A stretch of 64,000 bases of DNA from Squalus acanthias (taxonomy: Eukaryota), in NCBI GenBank assembly GCA_030390025.1, contig CM059432.1:39062001-39126000 (forward strand). Direction: 5' to 3'. The position numbers and the translations under genes were made by a program. Below, piece by piece: positions 23,249 to 37,046 of this stretch (positions within the stretch are counted from its first letter, which is position 1; every line of letters begins with the position of its first letter). A model generated the notes under the pieces. It searched no databases and was not told the DNA's origin. It worked only from the letters and a program-made list of their open reading frames with translations.

Positions 23249-26198
23249 TCAGTACTCTGTCCCTGCTTTCTCCCCATATCCCTTGATCCCTTTAGCCTTA
23301 AGAAATATATCTAACTCCTTCTTGAATATATTTAATGAATTGGTCTCAACTGCCTTCTGTGGTAGAGAATTCCACAGGCTCACCACTCTCTGGGTGAAGA
23401 AATGCCTCCTCATCTCAGTCCTAAATGGCTTACCCCTTATCCTTAGACTTTGACCCCTGGTTCTGGACTCCCCAGCCATCGGGAACATCCTTCCTGCATC
23501 TAGTCTGTCTAGTCCTGTTAGAATTTTATAAGTTTCAATGAGATCCCCTCTCATTCTTCTAAACTCTAGCAAATATAAGCCTAATCGATCCAATCTCTCT
23601 TCATTCCTGTCATCCCAGGTATCAGTCTGGTGAATCTTCGCTGCACTCCCTCCATGGCAAGAACATCCTTCCTCAGATAAGGTGACCAAAACTGCACACA
23701 ATACTCAAGGTGTGGTCTCACCAAGGCCCTGTACAACTGCAGCAAGACATCCTTGCTCCTGTACTCGAATCCTCTCGCTATGAAGGCCAACATACCATTT
23801 GCCTTCTTAACCACCTGCTGCACCTGCATGCTTACCTTCAGGGACTGGTGCACAAGGACACCCAGGTCTCGTTGCACTTCCCCTTTTCCCAATCTATTGT
23901 CGTTCAGATAATAATCTGTCTTCCTGTTTTTGCTACCAAAGTGGATAACCTCGCATTTATCCACATTATACTGCATCTGCCATGCATCTGCCCAATCACC
24001 CAACCTGTCCAAATCATACTGGAGTTTCTCTGCATCCTCCTCACAGCACACACGCCCACCCAACTTTGTGTCATCTGCAAACTTGGAGATATTACATCTA
24101 GTTCCCTCATCTAGATCATTAATATATATTGTGAATAGCTGGGGTCCTAGCACCAATCCCTGCGGTACCCCACTAGTCACTGCCTGCCACTCGGAAAAAG
24201 ACCCATTTATTCCAACTCTTTGCGTCCTGTCTGCCAACCAGTTTTCTATCCAAGTCAGTACCTTACCCCCAATCCCATGTGCTTTAAGTTTGCACGCTAA
24301 TCTCTTATGCGGGACCTTATCGAAAGCCTTCTGAAAGTCCAAATACACCACATCCACTGGTTCTCCCTTATCTATTCTACCAGTTACATCCTCAAAAAAT
24401 TCCAGTAGATTAGTCAAGCATGATTTAACTTTTGTAAATCCATGTTGACTTTGTCCGATCCTGTCACTGTTTTCCAAGTGCTCTGCTATTTCATCTTATA
24501 TAATGCACTCTAGCATTTTCCCCACTACCGATGTCCGGCTATAATTCCCAGTTTTCTCTCTCCCACCTTTTTTAAATAGTGGGGTTACATTAGCTACCCT
24601 CCAATCCATGGGAACTGTTCCAGATTCTATAGAATTTTGGAAGATGACCAGCAATGCATCTACTATTTCTAGGGCCACTTCCTTAAGTACCCTAGGATGT
24701 AGATTATCAGGCCCTGGGGATTTATCGGCCTTCAATCCCATCAATTTCCCTAACACCATTTCCCTACAAATACTGATTTCATTCAATTCCTCCCTCTCAT
24801 TAGACCCTATGTTCCCCGACATCTCTGGGAGGTCATTTGTGTCCTCCTTTGTGAAGACAGAACAAAAGTATGTATTTAATTGGTCTGCCATTTCTTTGTT
24901 CCCCATTATAAATTCCACTGATTCTGACTGCAAGGGACCTATGCTTGACTTCACATATCTATAGAAGCTTTTACAGTCAGTTTTTATGTTCCCTGAAAGC
25001 TTACTCTCATATTCTATTTTCCCCCTCTTAATTAATCCCTTTGTCCTCCTTTGCTGAATCCTAAACTGCTCCCAATCCTCAAGTTTGCTGCTTTTTCTGG
25101 CTAATTTATATGTCCTCTCCTTGGATCTTATGCTATCCCTACTTTCCCTTGTTAGCCACGGTTGAGTCACCTTTTTTGTTTTATTTGTATGCCAAACAGG
25201 GATGAACAAATTCTGTAGTTCATCCATGCGATCTTTAAATGTTTGCCATTGCCTATCCACCGTCAACCCTTTAAGTAACGTTCCCCAATCCATCCTAGCC
25301 AAATCGCACCTCATACCATCGTAGTTTCCTTTATTTAAATTCAGGACCCTAGTCTCTGAGTCAACTACTTCACTCTCCATCTTAATGAAGAATTCTACCA
25401 TATTATGATCGCTCCTTCCCAAGGGGCCTCGCACAACAAGATTGCTAATTAATCCTTTCTCATTGCATAATACCCAGTCTAAGATGGCCTGATCTCTAGT
25501 TGGTTCCTCGACATATTGGTCCAGGAAAGCATCCCGTATACACTCTAGGAATTCCTCCTCCACAGTATTGTTACTAATTTGGTTAGCCCAATCTATATGT
25601 AGATTAAAGTCACCCATGATAACTGCTGTGCCCTTATTGCACGCATCTCTAATTTCCCGTTTAATGCCATCCCCAACCTCAGCATTACTGTTTGGGGGTC
25701 TGTATACAACTCCCACTAACGTTTTCTGCCCCTTGGTATTTCTCAGCTCTACCCATACAGATTCCACATCATCAGAGCTAATATCCTTCCTTACTATTGT
25801 GTTAATCTCCTCTTTAACCAGCAATGCTACCCCACCTCCTTTTCCTTTTTGCCTGTCCTTCCTGAATATTGAATACCCCTGGATGTTGAATTCCCAGCCT
25901 TGGTCACCCTGGAGCCATGTCTCCGTAATCCCAATTATATCATATCCGTTTACATCTATTTGTGCAGCTAATTCATCCACCTTATTAAGAATGCTCCTCG
26001 CATTAAGGCACAAAGCCTTCAGGCTTGTTTTTTTAAACACTCTTAGTCCTTTTAGAATGATTATTTACTGTAGCCCTATTTGATTTACACCCTTGATTTC
26101 TCTGCCTTCCACTTTTGCTTTTCTCCTTCCGGTCTTTTGTTTCTATCCTTGATTCCCTTTCCTCTGTCTCCCTGCACAGGTTCCCAACCCCCTGCCAT
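23249..26198 (-). pseudogene. CR1 ORF2 (APE + RT) broken by frameshifts/small deletions
   Basis: ORFs 24496-26040, 23581-24477 and 23249-23701 carry consecutive APE, RT and C-terminal motifs. Confidence 0.93.
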
Positions 26199-26199
26199 T

Positions 26200-27151
26200 T
26201 TAGTTTAAACCCTCCCCAACATCACTAGCAAACACTCCCCTTAGGACATCGGTCCCGGTCCCACCCAGGTGCAAACCGTCCAGTTTGTACTGGTCCCACC
26301 TCCTCCAGAACCGGTTCCAATGTCCCAGGAATTTGAATCCCTCCCCCTTGCACCATTCCTCTAGCCACGTATTCATCTGAAATATCCTTTTATTTCTACT
26401 CTGACTAGCATGTGGCACTGGTAGCAATCCTGAGATTACTACCTTTGAGGTCCTATTTTTTAATTTACCTCCTAACTCCCTATATTCAGCTTTTAGGACC
26501 TCATCCCATTTTTTTACCTATATCGTTGGTACCTATATGCACCACGACAACTGGCTGTTCACCCTCCCCCTCCAGAATGCCCTGCAGCCACCCCAAGAAA
26601 TCCTTGACCCTTGCACCAGGGAGGCAACATACCATCCTGGAGTCTCGTTTGCGGCCGCAGAAACGCTTATCTATTCCCCTTACAATTGAGTCCCCTATCA
26701 CTATAGCTCTCCTGCTCTTTTTCCTCCCGTCCTGTGCAGCAGAACCACCTATGGTGCCAGGAAGTTGGCTGCTGCTGCCTTCCCCCGATAAGCCATCTCC
26801 CTCAACAATATCCAAAGTGGTATATCTGTTTGAGAGGGGGATGGCCACAGGGGACCCCTGCACTACCTGCCTGTGCCTGCTACTCTGCCTGGCGGTCACC
26901 CATTCCCTTCCTGCCTGTGCAGCCTTTACCTGCGGTGTGACCAACTCATTCAACGTGCTATCCACGATGTCCTCAGCATCGCGAATGCTCCAGTATGTAT
27001 CCATTCGCAGCTCCAGCACTGCAATGCGGTCTGCCAGTAGCTGCAGCTGGATACACTTCCCGCACACATGGTCGTCAGGGACACATGAAGTGTCCCTGAT
27101 TTCCCACATAGTGCAGGACGAGAATGCCACGGGGCCGAGCTGTGCTACCAT
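26200..27151 (-). pseudogene. CR1 ORF1 (SGNH esterase), frameshifted near 26505
   Basis: GDSIV and HIGTND in 26501-27151; KLDGLHL in 26200-26427. Homologous to 3654-4604. Confidence 0.92.
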
Positions 27152-27464
27152 GACTTACCCTTTAATTAATTTAAATTAAATTAAATCAAATCAATATCAC
27201 TAATTACACTACAATTAAATGATATACTCAAGGGCCCTTGTTTACTAGCACTCCCCGCTACACAACAGGGATCTTAGAAACTATAACCATAAAAATTAAG
27301 ACCTTCTAAACTTTATAAACTATTAACCTTAACTGTCAAAATATAGAGTAGTATAAATACTCACCTGGCTGTACTCACCCAATCAGCTGCTTCCTCTTGC
27401 CTGCGTCACTTTTTGAATCATGACGTGGCTCTGGAACGCCGCCGCCGGTCTGTGAGTTTGGTAA

Positions 27465-27608
27465 GCCTCTGTAAAAAAGCCTGCAAAAGTGAGCTTAAAT
27501 ACTCACTGTTCTCTCCTGTTGCTCCCGACACCGGCCTCTGTAAAAAAGCCCGCAAAAGTGAGTTTAAATATTCACTGTTCTCTCCTGTTGCTCCTGACAC
27601 CAGCCTCT
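27465..27608 (-). repeat. 69-bp tandem repeat (2 copies + 6 bp) at the CR1 5' end
   Basis: GCCTCT recurs at 27465, 27534 and 27603. Confidence 0.9.
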
Positions 27609-28203
27609 TCCCTTGGAGCGCTAACAGCTGGCAGGAGGGGCGGTAGTGGTGCAGCACTGCCCAATGTCGAGGGCAGCGCTGTTGGGAACGTAGGCTTCTT
27701 CCCTCCCTTAAAGGGAAGGGCCATTGCTGCAGGCTCTGCAATGAAAAGAGGTACCTCGTCGCTGACGGCAGCCGTGAACCGCCACGATCAGCCCCAAGCA
27801 CTGTAGCAGAGTGCAGGGCTGATCGATCGCAGCCCAAGAAAATCATTGAAAGTTAGTGTTAAGCCTCACGAAAACATTTTTCCCCCCGCAGCCATCATCC
27901 CCTTTAAACAGCGCTCCCAAAGCACCTGGCCTCCCAAACAATGCCGCCTGCAGCTGTCGGTGTTTTCGGCCAGTGATGCTGTAGGGGGCAGAACCAAAGT
28001 TCGGGTCCGGGGTGCTACCGGGGCAATGCGCAGGACGATGATGTCATGATCTCCGGGCGCTAAGGGTTACTGCCGCCGCAAACCTCCAGGTGAATTTAAC
28101 GGGAGTTGTTTCTTCACCACGCCCGGGCGGTAAGTCGTTAGCGCCCCATTATCGCCCCCCCGAATGCGCTAACAGGAGGCGCTAACATACCGAATTTCTC
28201 CCC
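27609..28203. mobile_element. Harbinger-type MITE, left end missing; same family as 62776-63526 and 40286-40897
   Basis: Shared blocks CCTCCCTTAAAGGGAAG, GATGATGTCATGATCTC and GGAGGCGCTAA. Right TIR GAATTTCTCCCC. Confidence 0.8.
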
Positions 28204-30345
28204 TATGCCTCTATTTATGAAACCCAGGATCCCGTAAGCTTTTTTAACTGCTTTATCAATCTGCCCTGCCACCTTCAACGATTCGTGCACATATACCCCC
28301 AGGTCTCTCTGTTCCTGCACCCCCTTTAGGATTGTACCCTTTAGTTTAGTTTATATCACCTCTCCTCGTTCTTCCTACCAAAATGTATCACTTTGCACTT
28401 TTCTGCGTTAAATTTCATCTGCCGTGTGTCCGCCCATTCCACCAGCCTATCTATGTCCTCTTGAAGTTTATCACTTTCCTCCACACTGTTCACTATACTT
28501 CCAAGTTTTGTGTCATCTGCAAATTTTGAGATTCTGCCTTGTAGACCCAAGTCTAAGTCATTAATATATATCAAGAAAAGCAGTGGTCCTAGTACAGACC
28601 CCTGGGGAACACCGCTGTGTACCTTCCTCCAGTCCGATAAACAACCATTCACCACTACTCTCTGTTTCCTGTCACTTAGCCAATTTTGTGTCCATGCTAC
28701 CACTGTCCCTTTTATTCCATGGGGTTTCAACTTTGCTGGCAAGCCTATTATGTGGCACTTTATCAAACACCCTTTTGAAGTCCAAGTACACCACATCAAC
28801 CACATTGCCCTCATCAACTCTCTCAGTTACCTCATCAAAAAACTCGATCAAGTTAGTTAAGCACAATTTGCCTTTAACAAATCCGTGCTGGCTTTCCTTA
28901 ATTAATCCACACTTGTACAAGTGACTGTTAATTTTGTCCCGGATTATCGTTTCTAAAAGCTTCCCCACTACCGAGGTTAAACTGATTGGCCTGTAGTTGC
29001 TGGGTTTATCCTTACACCCCTTTTTGAACAAGGGTGTAACATTTGCAATTCTTCAGTCCTCTGGCACCACCCTCGCATTCAAGGAGGATTGGAAGATTAT
29101 GGCCAGTACGTCAGCAATTTCCACCTTTACTTACCTCAGCATTCTAGGATGCCTCTCATCCGGTCCTGGTGACTTATCTACTTTAAGTCCAGCCAGCTTT
29201 TCTAGTACTTCCTCTTTATCAATTTTTATCCCATCCAGTATCTCCACTACCTCCTCTCTCACTATGACTTTGGCAGCATCTTCTTCCTTGGTAAAGACAG
29301 ATGCAAAGTGCTCATTTAATACCTTAGCCATGCCCTCTGCCTCCATGCATAGGTCTCCATTTTGGTCCCTAATCGGCCCCACCCCTCCTCTTACTACCCG
29401 TTTACTATTTATATGTCTATAGAAGACTTTTGGACTCCCTTTAATGTTAGCTATCAATCTATTCTCATACTCTCTCTTTGCCCCTCTTATTTCCTTTTTC
29501 ACTTCCCCTCTGAACTTTCTATATTCAGCCTGGTTCTCACTTATATTCTCAACCTTACATCTATCATATGCCCCCTTTTTCTACTTCATCTTACCCTCTA
29601 TCTCTTTCTTCAGCCATGAAGCTTTGGCTTTGATTGCCTTACCTTTCCCCCTCGTGGGAATGTACCTCGACTGTACCTCTCCTCTTTAAAGGCAGCCCAT
29701 TGTTCGATTACAGTTTTGTCTGCCAATCTTTGATTCCAATTTACACGGACCAGATCCATTCTCAACCCACTGAAATTGGCCTTCCTCCAATTAGGTATTT
29801 TTACTCTAGATTGCTCCATGTCCTTTTCCATAGCTAATCTAAACCTTATGATACTGTGATCACTATTCCCTAAATGTTCCCCTACTGACACTTGCTCTTC
29901 TTGACCCACCTCATACCCCACAACCAGATCCAGCAGTGCTTTCTTCCTCGTTGGGCCGGAAACGTACTGATCAAAAAAGTTCTGCTGAACACACTTCAGA
30001 AATTCTTCCCCTTCTCTGCCCTTAACACTATTGCTATCCCAGTCTATATTAGGATAGTTGAAGTCCCCCATTATCACTACTCTATAGTTCTTGCACCTCT
30101 GCAAATTTGCTCCTCTGTATCCTTTCCACTAGTTGGTGACGTATAGAGTACACCTAGTAGTGTAATGGCACCTCTATTGTTTCTCAACTCTAACCAAATA
30201 GATTCTGTCCTTGACCCCTCCAGGACATCCTCCCTCTCCAGCACTGTAATATTCTCCTTAATCAATACTGCCACCCCACCTCCTTTCTTTCCTTCCCTAT
30301 CTTTCCTGAACATCTTACATCCAGAAATATTTAGTACCCAATCCT
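28204..30345 (-). mobile_element. CR1 ORF2 fragment (APE + RT), decayed
   Basis: KKGGGVAVL, GDFNYP, SDHS, QHGF, GVPQGS and KFADD motifs in successive ORFs. Confidence 0.92.
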
Positions 30346-30614
30346 CTTCTTGTATCTTCTTGTATCTTCTTGTAAAATTGCAGCACAAACTTGTTCTTTC
30401 TGCAGGACACATTCACTCTGTCCACATCTGCCATGTTTTTCCATGCAATGCGTTTCTGTTTTATCTGTTAAGTGGTTTGGTTATTGATCTAATTTGTTTC
30501 ATCACTAATGTTTTTAAGTTAAAAAAATGTAACATCCAAGCTCTGACCTCACTATTTTTTGTTCCAATATATCTGAATTTTATCCTTTTTCACCTCAGGA
30601 GTTATCAGAATGTT

Positions 30615-31095
30615 TGGGTAGAAATTCATGCTGAGATGCAATTTTGGCTGGGAAACACAATGGAAGTTGTTTTGCTGACTTTTTTTGCATGGCTATTTCT
30701 GCCCCATATTAGCATTAGCATAAGTTATCTAATCTGAGCAAGCTCCTGCCTGTTGATGGAAGGAGTGCTCATACAGCAGACAGCAATTTAATGGGCTGCT
30801 GCAGGCATTTAAATGGCTGAATTCTCACCTGTGGACCAAGGGAAGGAGTTTCTTTTGCCAAATTCCCGTAGACTGGAGGGTTCTTGGCCAGGTACACTCA
30901 GATTCACAGATGCTGTGCTTGAAGTCAAGCTTCAGGAAGAAAGGTAAAGGAGGGCTTCCCTTTTTAGCTCTCAATGGCACCCTCCCCAGAAAAAGAGTGA
31001 TCCAAAATTCTTGACAAGAGATAGATGGCAGGGTGAGTGCTGTCAGCAGTGGAGGTTCTGGCTCTGAATAAGGAAGAAGCTGCCATGGTAAGGAT
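30615..31095 (+). mobile_element. Old Harbinger end with decayed Myb exon 1
   Basis: TIR-like GGGTAGAAATTC and RFTDAVLEV remnant. Duplicate of 14397-14741. Confidence 0.6.
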
Positions 31096-31124
31096 ATCTA
31101 ACAGTTTCTTGTCCCATAGGTGTT

Positions 31125-31590
31125 AACCGTGGCACAGTGGTCGCACTCGTGCCTCTGCCAAAAGGTTGTGGATTCAAGTTCCACTCTCGACACTTGAGCA
31201 CAAAATCTAGGCTGACACTTCAGTGCAGTACTGAGGGAGTGCGGCACTGTTGGAGGTACCATCTTTTGGATGAAATATTAAACCAAGGTCCATCTGACCT
31301 CTCAAGTGTATGTAAAAGATTCCACGGCACTTTTTGAAGAAGAGCAGGGAAGTCTCCCTGGTGTCCTGGACAATATTTATCCTTCAACCTATATCACTGA
31401 AACAGATCATCTGGTCATTATCACATTGCTGTTGGTGGGCTTTGGGCTTTCCGCTTTGCGCAAATTGGCTGCCGCGTTTCCTACATTACCACAGGGACTA
31501 CACTTCAAAAGTACTTAATTGGCTGTAAAGTGCTTTGGGATGACCTGAGGTTATGAAAGGAGCTATATAAATGCAAGTCTTTCTTTTTCA
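31125..31590 (+). mobile_element. tRNA-derived Deu-domain SINE (SacSINE1-like)
   Basis: TGGCACAGTGG box A, GGATTCAAGTTC box B, tail GCTATATAAATGCAAGTCTTTC. Reverse-complement homolog of 13642-14072. Confidence 0.8.
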
Positions 31591-32480
31591 AGTTCCAGCC
31601 TTAAGTATGCATGAAGTGTTTCTTCTTAGTCTATTACTCTTATACTTTTGCCTCATTCTAAGCATTCAGAGAACATAACAGCTTTTTGCATGCTTACCCT
31701 GGATGGCTAGGTTGCAGTAGGGCATAAATACTAACTACAACTCAAACTGCTGTCACTCTGAAATCTGAAACAGGCTTCATACAGCACATCCTTTCAACAC
31801 AATGGCCTGCGTGATGCTGATTTCCCTGTTATAGCACCACAATCCCAGACAAAACAGGTACAAGGGTGGCGGTACTGACTGCAGCAGCAGCGGGAAGACT
31901 ATTGGTGGCTCTGTTGCAGGGAGGGACTGGCAGTGGCCACCTTACCCTCTATTCTGCCCCCATAACAATTGAAATTGGGTTTGTCTCATTTGAAGAGTTT
32001 AATAACAATTCCACTGATATATTTCGGGCTCTTTTGCCCCTTTAATAATGGCTCCTTTTTCTTTTGGCACTGCGGCACCTGTCCTACTCCAGGGTTGCCC
32101 AATTTTTCTGCCTGATAGTGGCGGAGCGGAGATGCCACCGGGAGCCCGCTTCACATTTTTAATGAGGCCTGACCCAGGGTTTATGGGGATCACAGGGGGA
32201 CTGGAGCAGCGGAAGTCTGACCACAGCCATGTCTGGTGGCAAGACCGATCTAGAGGGAAATCCAGCCCTATGTGGACCTGAAAGTGGGCAGGGCCCACTT
32301 CTTATGTCAACAGCAGACATGACTGAATCAGTTGCAGAGCCATCTCGACAGAGGCCCACCTGAATCCCAAGTGACTCCACTGAAACCCAGCAATCAGCAG
32401 GATACTTAAGTTACAGGTTAGAGTTAGAAGTTGCACACAATATAGCAGCATTAAGGAAAAGCACTATAGGAAAAGACAAT

Positions 32481-33106
32481 GGCCCATCATTTGCGGTCAG
32501 TGGTGAAGCAAAGGTGCTTGCCGCTGACCTCGAAGAAAGCTGTCCATAGAGATCTCACGATCACATTGAAGAATTCTCAGACAGCAAACCAGGAAATAAA
32601 AAGCAGCTTATATCCCCACTTTTTAAAAACAGAGAGCAAAATTAAGATTGGGACTTTCACATGGGGATAAGGTAGAAGCTGAAATATCATGAACAAAATG
32701 TAAATTTTTATTATAATGGAGAAATTTGACATTCCACAAATATAAAAATCATTTTTTCAGGGCCAGAACGGTTGTTTAGCAGTCAATACACTGTTAAAAC
32801 CGCAGTTACAGCTATTCTAACAAGGCTTAACATTTAATGGGGTATTTAACAGTGATATTGTGCACGGAAAAGCTCAAGTTTTCATCAGTTCCACTGATTT
32901 CATTGATTGCCGGCAATGATGGCGGGGTGGGGGGGGTGTAGTCCACAGTGCAGCCTGTGCCGAAGCAGTGAATTACTGACAAAAACTTCAGGATTTTTGC
33001 GTTTAAATGCGCGTGTTCTAAAACCTGAATTTGCGGTCAATTTCAGAGGGGTAATGACGGCGAACGCTGACAGTTCTCCGTCATTACCCACCGCAAAATC
33101 CGGCCC
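32481..33106. mobile_element. Probable Harbinger-type MITE
   Basis: Imperfect TIRs GGCCCATCATTTGCGG / CCGCAAAATCCGGCCC and subterminal hairpin GGGTAATGACGG...CCGTCATTACCC. TSD not clean. Confidence 0.5.
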
Positions 33107-33210
33107 ATAATAACTGGCACCAACTTGGTGAATAATTTGGGGGAGGTGGTACTGCATGAGGTGGTTGTGAGGAGGGTTGTCTATGTGTCATTCCATGGCA
33201 CTGTCCCCAT

Positions 33211-33585
33211 AAGGGATGCCAACTCAGGTTGGACGTATTTCTGGCGGTTTCATCACATGACCTCCTGTCTCTCACTCTCCCGCTTCCTCCATTGGTCTAC
33301 CAACCTGCCCATCCTCACAAGGTACCGCCTTCTCAAGCCAATTGAGAAGCGAACAGACTCTTCATTACTTGCTTGGATGATTCTCAACTTCAGTCAAACA
33401 GCCCTTTTTCCAATCTCTAATGTTTTTAATAACTAATAAGTGAAAATGTTCGAAGAAAATAAAAAAAAACACAATTTATTTAATGTCCTGATGATTTTTC
33501 TCCAGGATTGCTTGCAGCAGTGTCCTGGAGATACATCTTCAATTCCTGGAGACTCCAAAACAACTCTGTAGGGTTGGCATCTCTA
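33211..33585. mobile_element. hAT-type MITE
   Basis: TIRs AGGGATGCCAAC / GTTGGCATCTCT. Perfect 8-bp TSD GTCCCCAT (33203-33210, 33586-33593). Confidence 0.85.
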
Positions 33586-36467
33586 GTCCCCATAAGTCTG
33601 AATTGCAACATGCCTACAACGAGGTGGAGGCAGCTTTGATGCTGCAGCTAACTCTTTCTGTCACTGGTTACGTCAGTCCTATGGTGCATGTTACCAGCAG
33701 CAGTCCTTACAACAGATGTCACAACTCTACATCTGGTTTTCTGCAGACCAGGCCCTCTGAAGACAGTTTCCCACAGTTATTGCCAGGACAGTGTGACAAT
33801 GTCTGTAAATATGTAGCCATCTTGCTAGGTGTGGGGAATTGGGCCTCGCTGACTGATGATCATCCTAGCATGTCTTCCTTAATGCAATACCATGTAAGGC
33901 ATGACATCCTTGATCTGGGGATGCTTCTGAAGAACCATCCAACATAATGGTTTGTTATGTCTTTAAGAGTTGGAGCTTTGGCATGTAGTAATTGTTTGCC
34001 AAAGTGACGCATACCCACCACAATTTGCAGATGCGGGTGTATAGCTATCGGCTGGTGGGCACAGACCACCTCTCACAATACCAGTGATGGTGCTAGAAGG
34101 AAATAACAATTGGCACAAAGGCTCATGAGAACCTTAATATCAGCAGAGAAAAACGGAAAGAAAAATTCCTCCTGATTGTCCACTCCAGCCCACCGGCCAG
34201 CCTCCATATCATTCCCGTCAGCTTCGTGTGGGAGTCAACATCGGGAAATGCTAATGAGGCCTGAGAGTTAACATTTCCTAGGCCACACGCTCCGGGAGGG
34301 CTGGACGGATCGCTGCCCGGCTTTGGGCACTAGACACCCTTGACCCCCCGCCCTGAGTAAACATTGGCCACCACCGCCCCCCCCCCCGGAGTTACAGATT
34401 GACACCCTTTGTTCCATGCTGCTTCGCCCCGTGAACTGGCACACATGGGATGTTCACATGAAATAGTTAAGCTTTATTATATCAACAGGATATTGCCATA
34501 GATGACTTCACAATCCATCTCTATTCTTTCACCCTTCATTGATCTGTTGGCTTATCTTTGCACTTTCACTTGACTTCATCGAGGAACCTGGTCTTGATGG
34601 TGTTAACATCTGCAAACTGAAAAGAGCAGGGATGATTTTCCTTTGGAATTTATGCCTGTTTTCTGGCATATCTCCAGTGAACAGATGCGGAAAATCAGGT
34701 GGGGTACCACTTCATGATTTTATGCTAAAAGTAGTGGTGGGTATTGGATATATCCATCTAAATATAGGCGGGTGAATTCAAATGATGTTTTAATGACAAG
34801 CCAACATCATATTCCTGTCATTAATGGCATAGCAATGTTGGATACTCGGACTGGTGTCTAGACTGGTGCAGGGAGCTTTGAAATTTAAATTCCTGTCCCC
34901 CAAGGGATTGTAATCAATCCCCGGATGATTGATTATACTCTTTCTGCTCAGTAATTTTGCAACGTAACAACCAATTCTTCAGCTGCCCCAAAGGCAGGCC
35001 ACACTCGGCTGCTGCAAGTGCCTGAGTCCTAAGGCAATCACTTCTGTCTCTCCCTCAAGGCAAGCTTCCTGATGCAGGCAGCAAATGTATTGGGAGTATG
35101 CCGAAATTATGTAATTGAGGCTGACGCTGGGAAATTGGCCAGAAAATGGTATAACCATGGGGTGGGTAAAAATCCATCCCCCTCCCGGGAGGGAGTTCTG
35201 CCCGGCAAAGTTGCAGTGAAATTTCTGTTGAGGAAAATCTTACCCACTCTCTTCTCCATAACCACATATATTTTGATTGCTATGATTAGTTAACTCCATT
35301 ATCACTGTATCATCTGACTACCAGGATTTTTTATTATTCGTTGCGGGATGTGGGCGTTGCTGGCAAGGACAGCATTTATTGCCCATCCCTAATTGCCCTT
35401 GAGAAGGTGGTGGTGAGCCGCCTTCTTGAACCGCTGCAGTCCTTGTGGTGAAAGTGCTCCCACAGTGCTGTTAGGGAGGGAGTTCCAAGATTTTGACCCA
35501 GCGATGATGAAGGAATGGCAATATATTTCCAACTCAGGATGGTGTGTAACTTGATGGGGAAGTTGCAGGTGGTGGTGTTCCCATGCGCCTGCTGCCCTTG
35601 TCCTTCTAGGTGGAAGAGGTCGCGGATTTGGGAGGTGTTGTCAAAGAAGCCTTGGTGAGTTGCTGCAGTGCATCTTGTAGATGGTACACACTGCAGCCAC
35701 GGTACGCCGGTGGTGGAGGGAGTGAATGTTTAAGGTGATGGATGGGGTGCCAATCAAGCGGGCTGCTTTGTCCTGGATGGTGTTGAGCTTCTTGAGTGTT
35801 GTTGGAGCTGCACTCATCCAGGCAAGTGGAGAGTATTCCTGACTTGTGTCTTGTAGATGGTGGAAAGACTTTAGGGAGTCAGGAGGTGAGACACTCGCCA
35901 TGAAGAATACCCAGCTTCTGACCTGCTCTTGTGGCCACAGTATTTATGTAGCTGGTCCAGTTAAATTTCTGGTCAATGGTGACCCCCAGGATGTTGATGT
36001 GGGGGATTTGGCGATGGTAATGTCGTTGAATGTCAAGGGGCGGTGGTTAGACTCTCGCTTGTTGGAGATAGTCATTGCTTCCATGAATGTTACTTGTCAC
36101 TTATCAGCCCAAGCCTGAATGTCGTCCAGGTCTTGCTGCATAAGGGCCTGGACAGCTTCATTTTCTGAGGAGTTGCGAATGGAACTGAACACTGTGCAAT
36201 CATCAGCGAACATTCCCACTTCTAACCTTATGATGGAGGGAAGGTAATTGATGAAGCAGTTGAAGATGTTTGGGCCTAGGACACTGCCCTGAGGAACTCC
36301 TGCAGTGATGTCCTGGAGCTGAGATGATTGGCCTCCAACAACCACAACCATCTTCCTTTGTGCTAGGTATGACTCCAGCCAGTGGAGAGTTTTCCCCCTG
36401 ATTCCCATTGACTTCAATTTTACTATGGCTCCTTGATGCCACACTCGGTCAAATGCTGCCTTGATGT

Positions 36468-37046
36468 ATAAAATACTAGTTAGGCCTCAGCTAGAGTACT
36501 GCGTGCAGTTCTGGTCACCACATTACAGGAAAGATGTGATTGCACTAGAGAGGGTACAAAGGAGATTTACAAGGATGTTGCCGGGAGTAGAGAATCTTAG
36601 CTCTGAGGAAAGACTGGATAGGCTGGGTCTGTTTTCCTTGGAACAGAGGAGGCTGAGGGGCGATCTTATTGAGGTGTATAAAATTATGAGGGGCATAGAT
36701 AAAGTGGATAGAAAGGACCTATTTCCCTTAGCAGAGGGGTCAAAAACCAGGGGGCACAGATTTAAAATAATTGGTGGAAGGTTTAGAGGGGATTTGAGGG
36801 GAAATTTCTTCACCCAGAGGGTTGTGGGGGTCTGGAACTCACTGCCTGAAAGGGTGGTAGAGGCAGGAACCCTAACCGCATTTAAAAAGCACTTGGATGT
36901 GCACTTGGGATGCTTTAACCTGCAGGGCTACGGACCAAGAGCTGGGAAGTGGGATTAGGCTGGATAGCTCTTTGTTGGCTGGCGCGGACACGATGGGCCA
37001 AAATGGCCTCCTTCCGTGCTGTAACTTTCTATGATTCAATGATTCT
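36468..37046 (+). mobile_element. 5'-truncated CR1 nested in the tRNA-headed LINE
   Basis: LEYCVQFWSPHYRKD...RRLRGDLIEVYK, (ATTCTATG)-type tail, ATGT flanks. The host RT rejoins as GCCTTGATGTCAAGGGC (ALDIKAA). Confidence 0.92.

Larger units (their letters stand above)
23147..27608 (-). mobile_element. Full-length CR1 LINE, decayed
   Basis: 5' tandem repeats, ORF1 esterase, ORF2 APE-RT, (TTTCTATG)n tail at ~23149-23170. Confidence 0.95.

Noticed and set aside
30165..30737. 190-aa plus-strand ORF
   Set aside because: Antisense CR1 running into AT-rich sequence, with no motifs.
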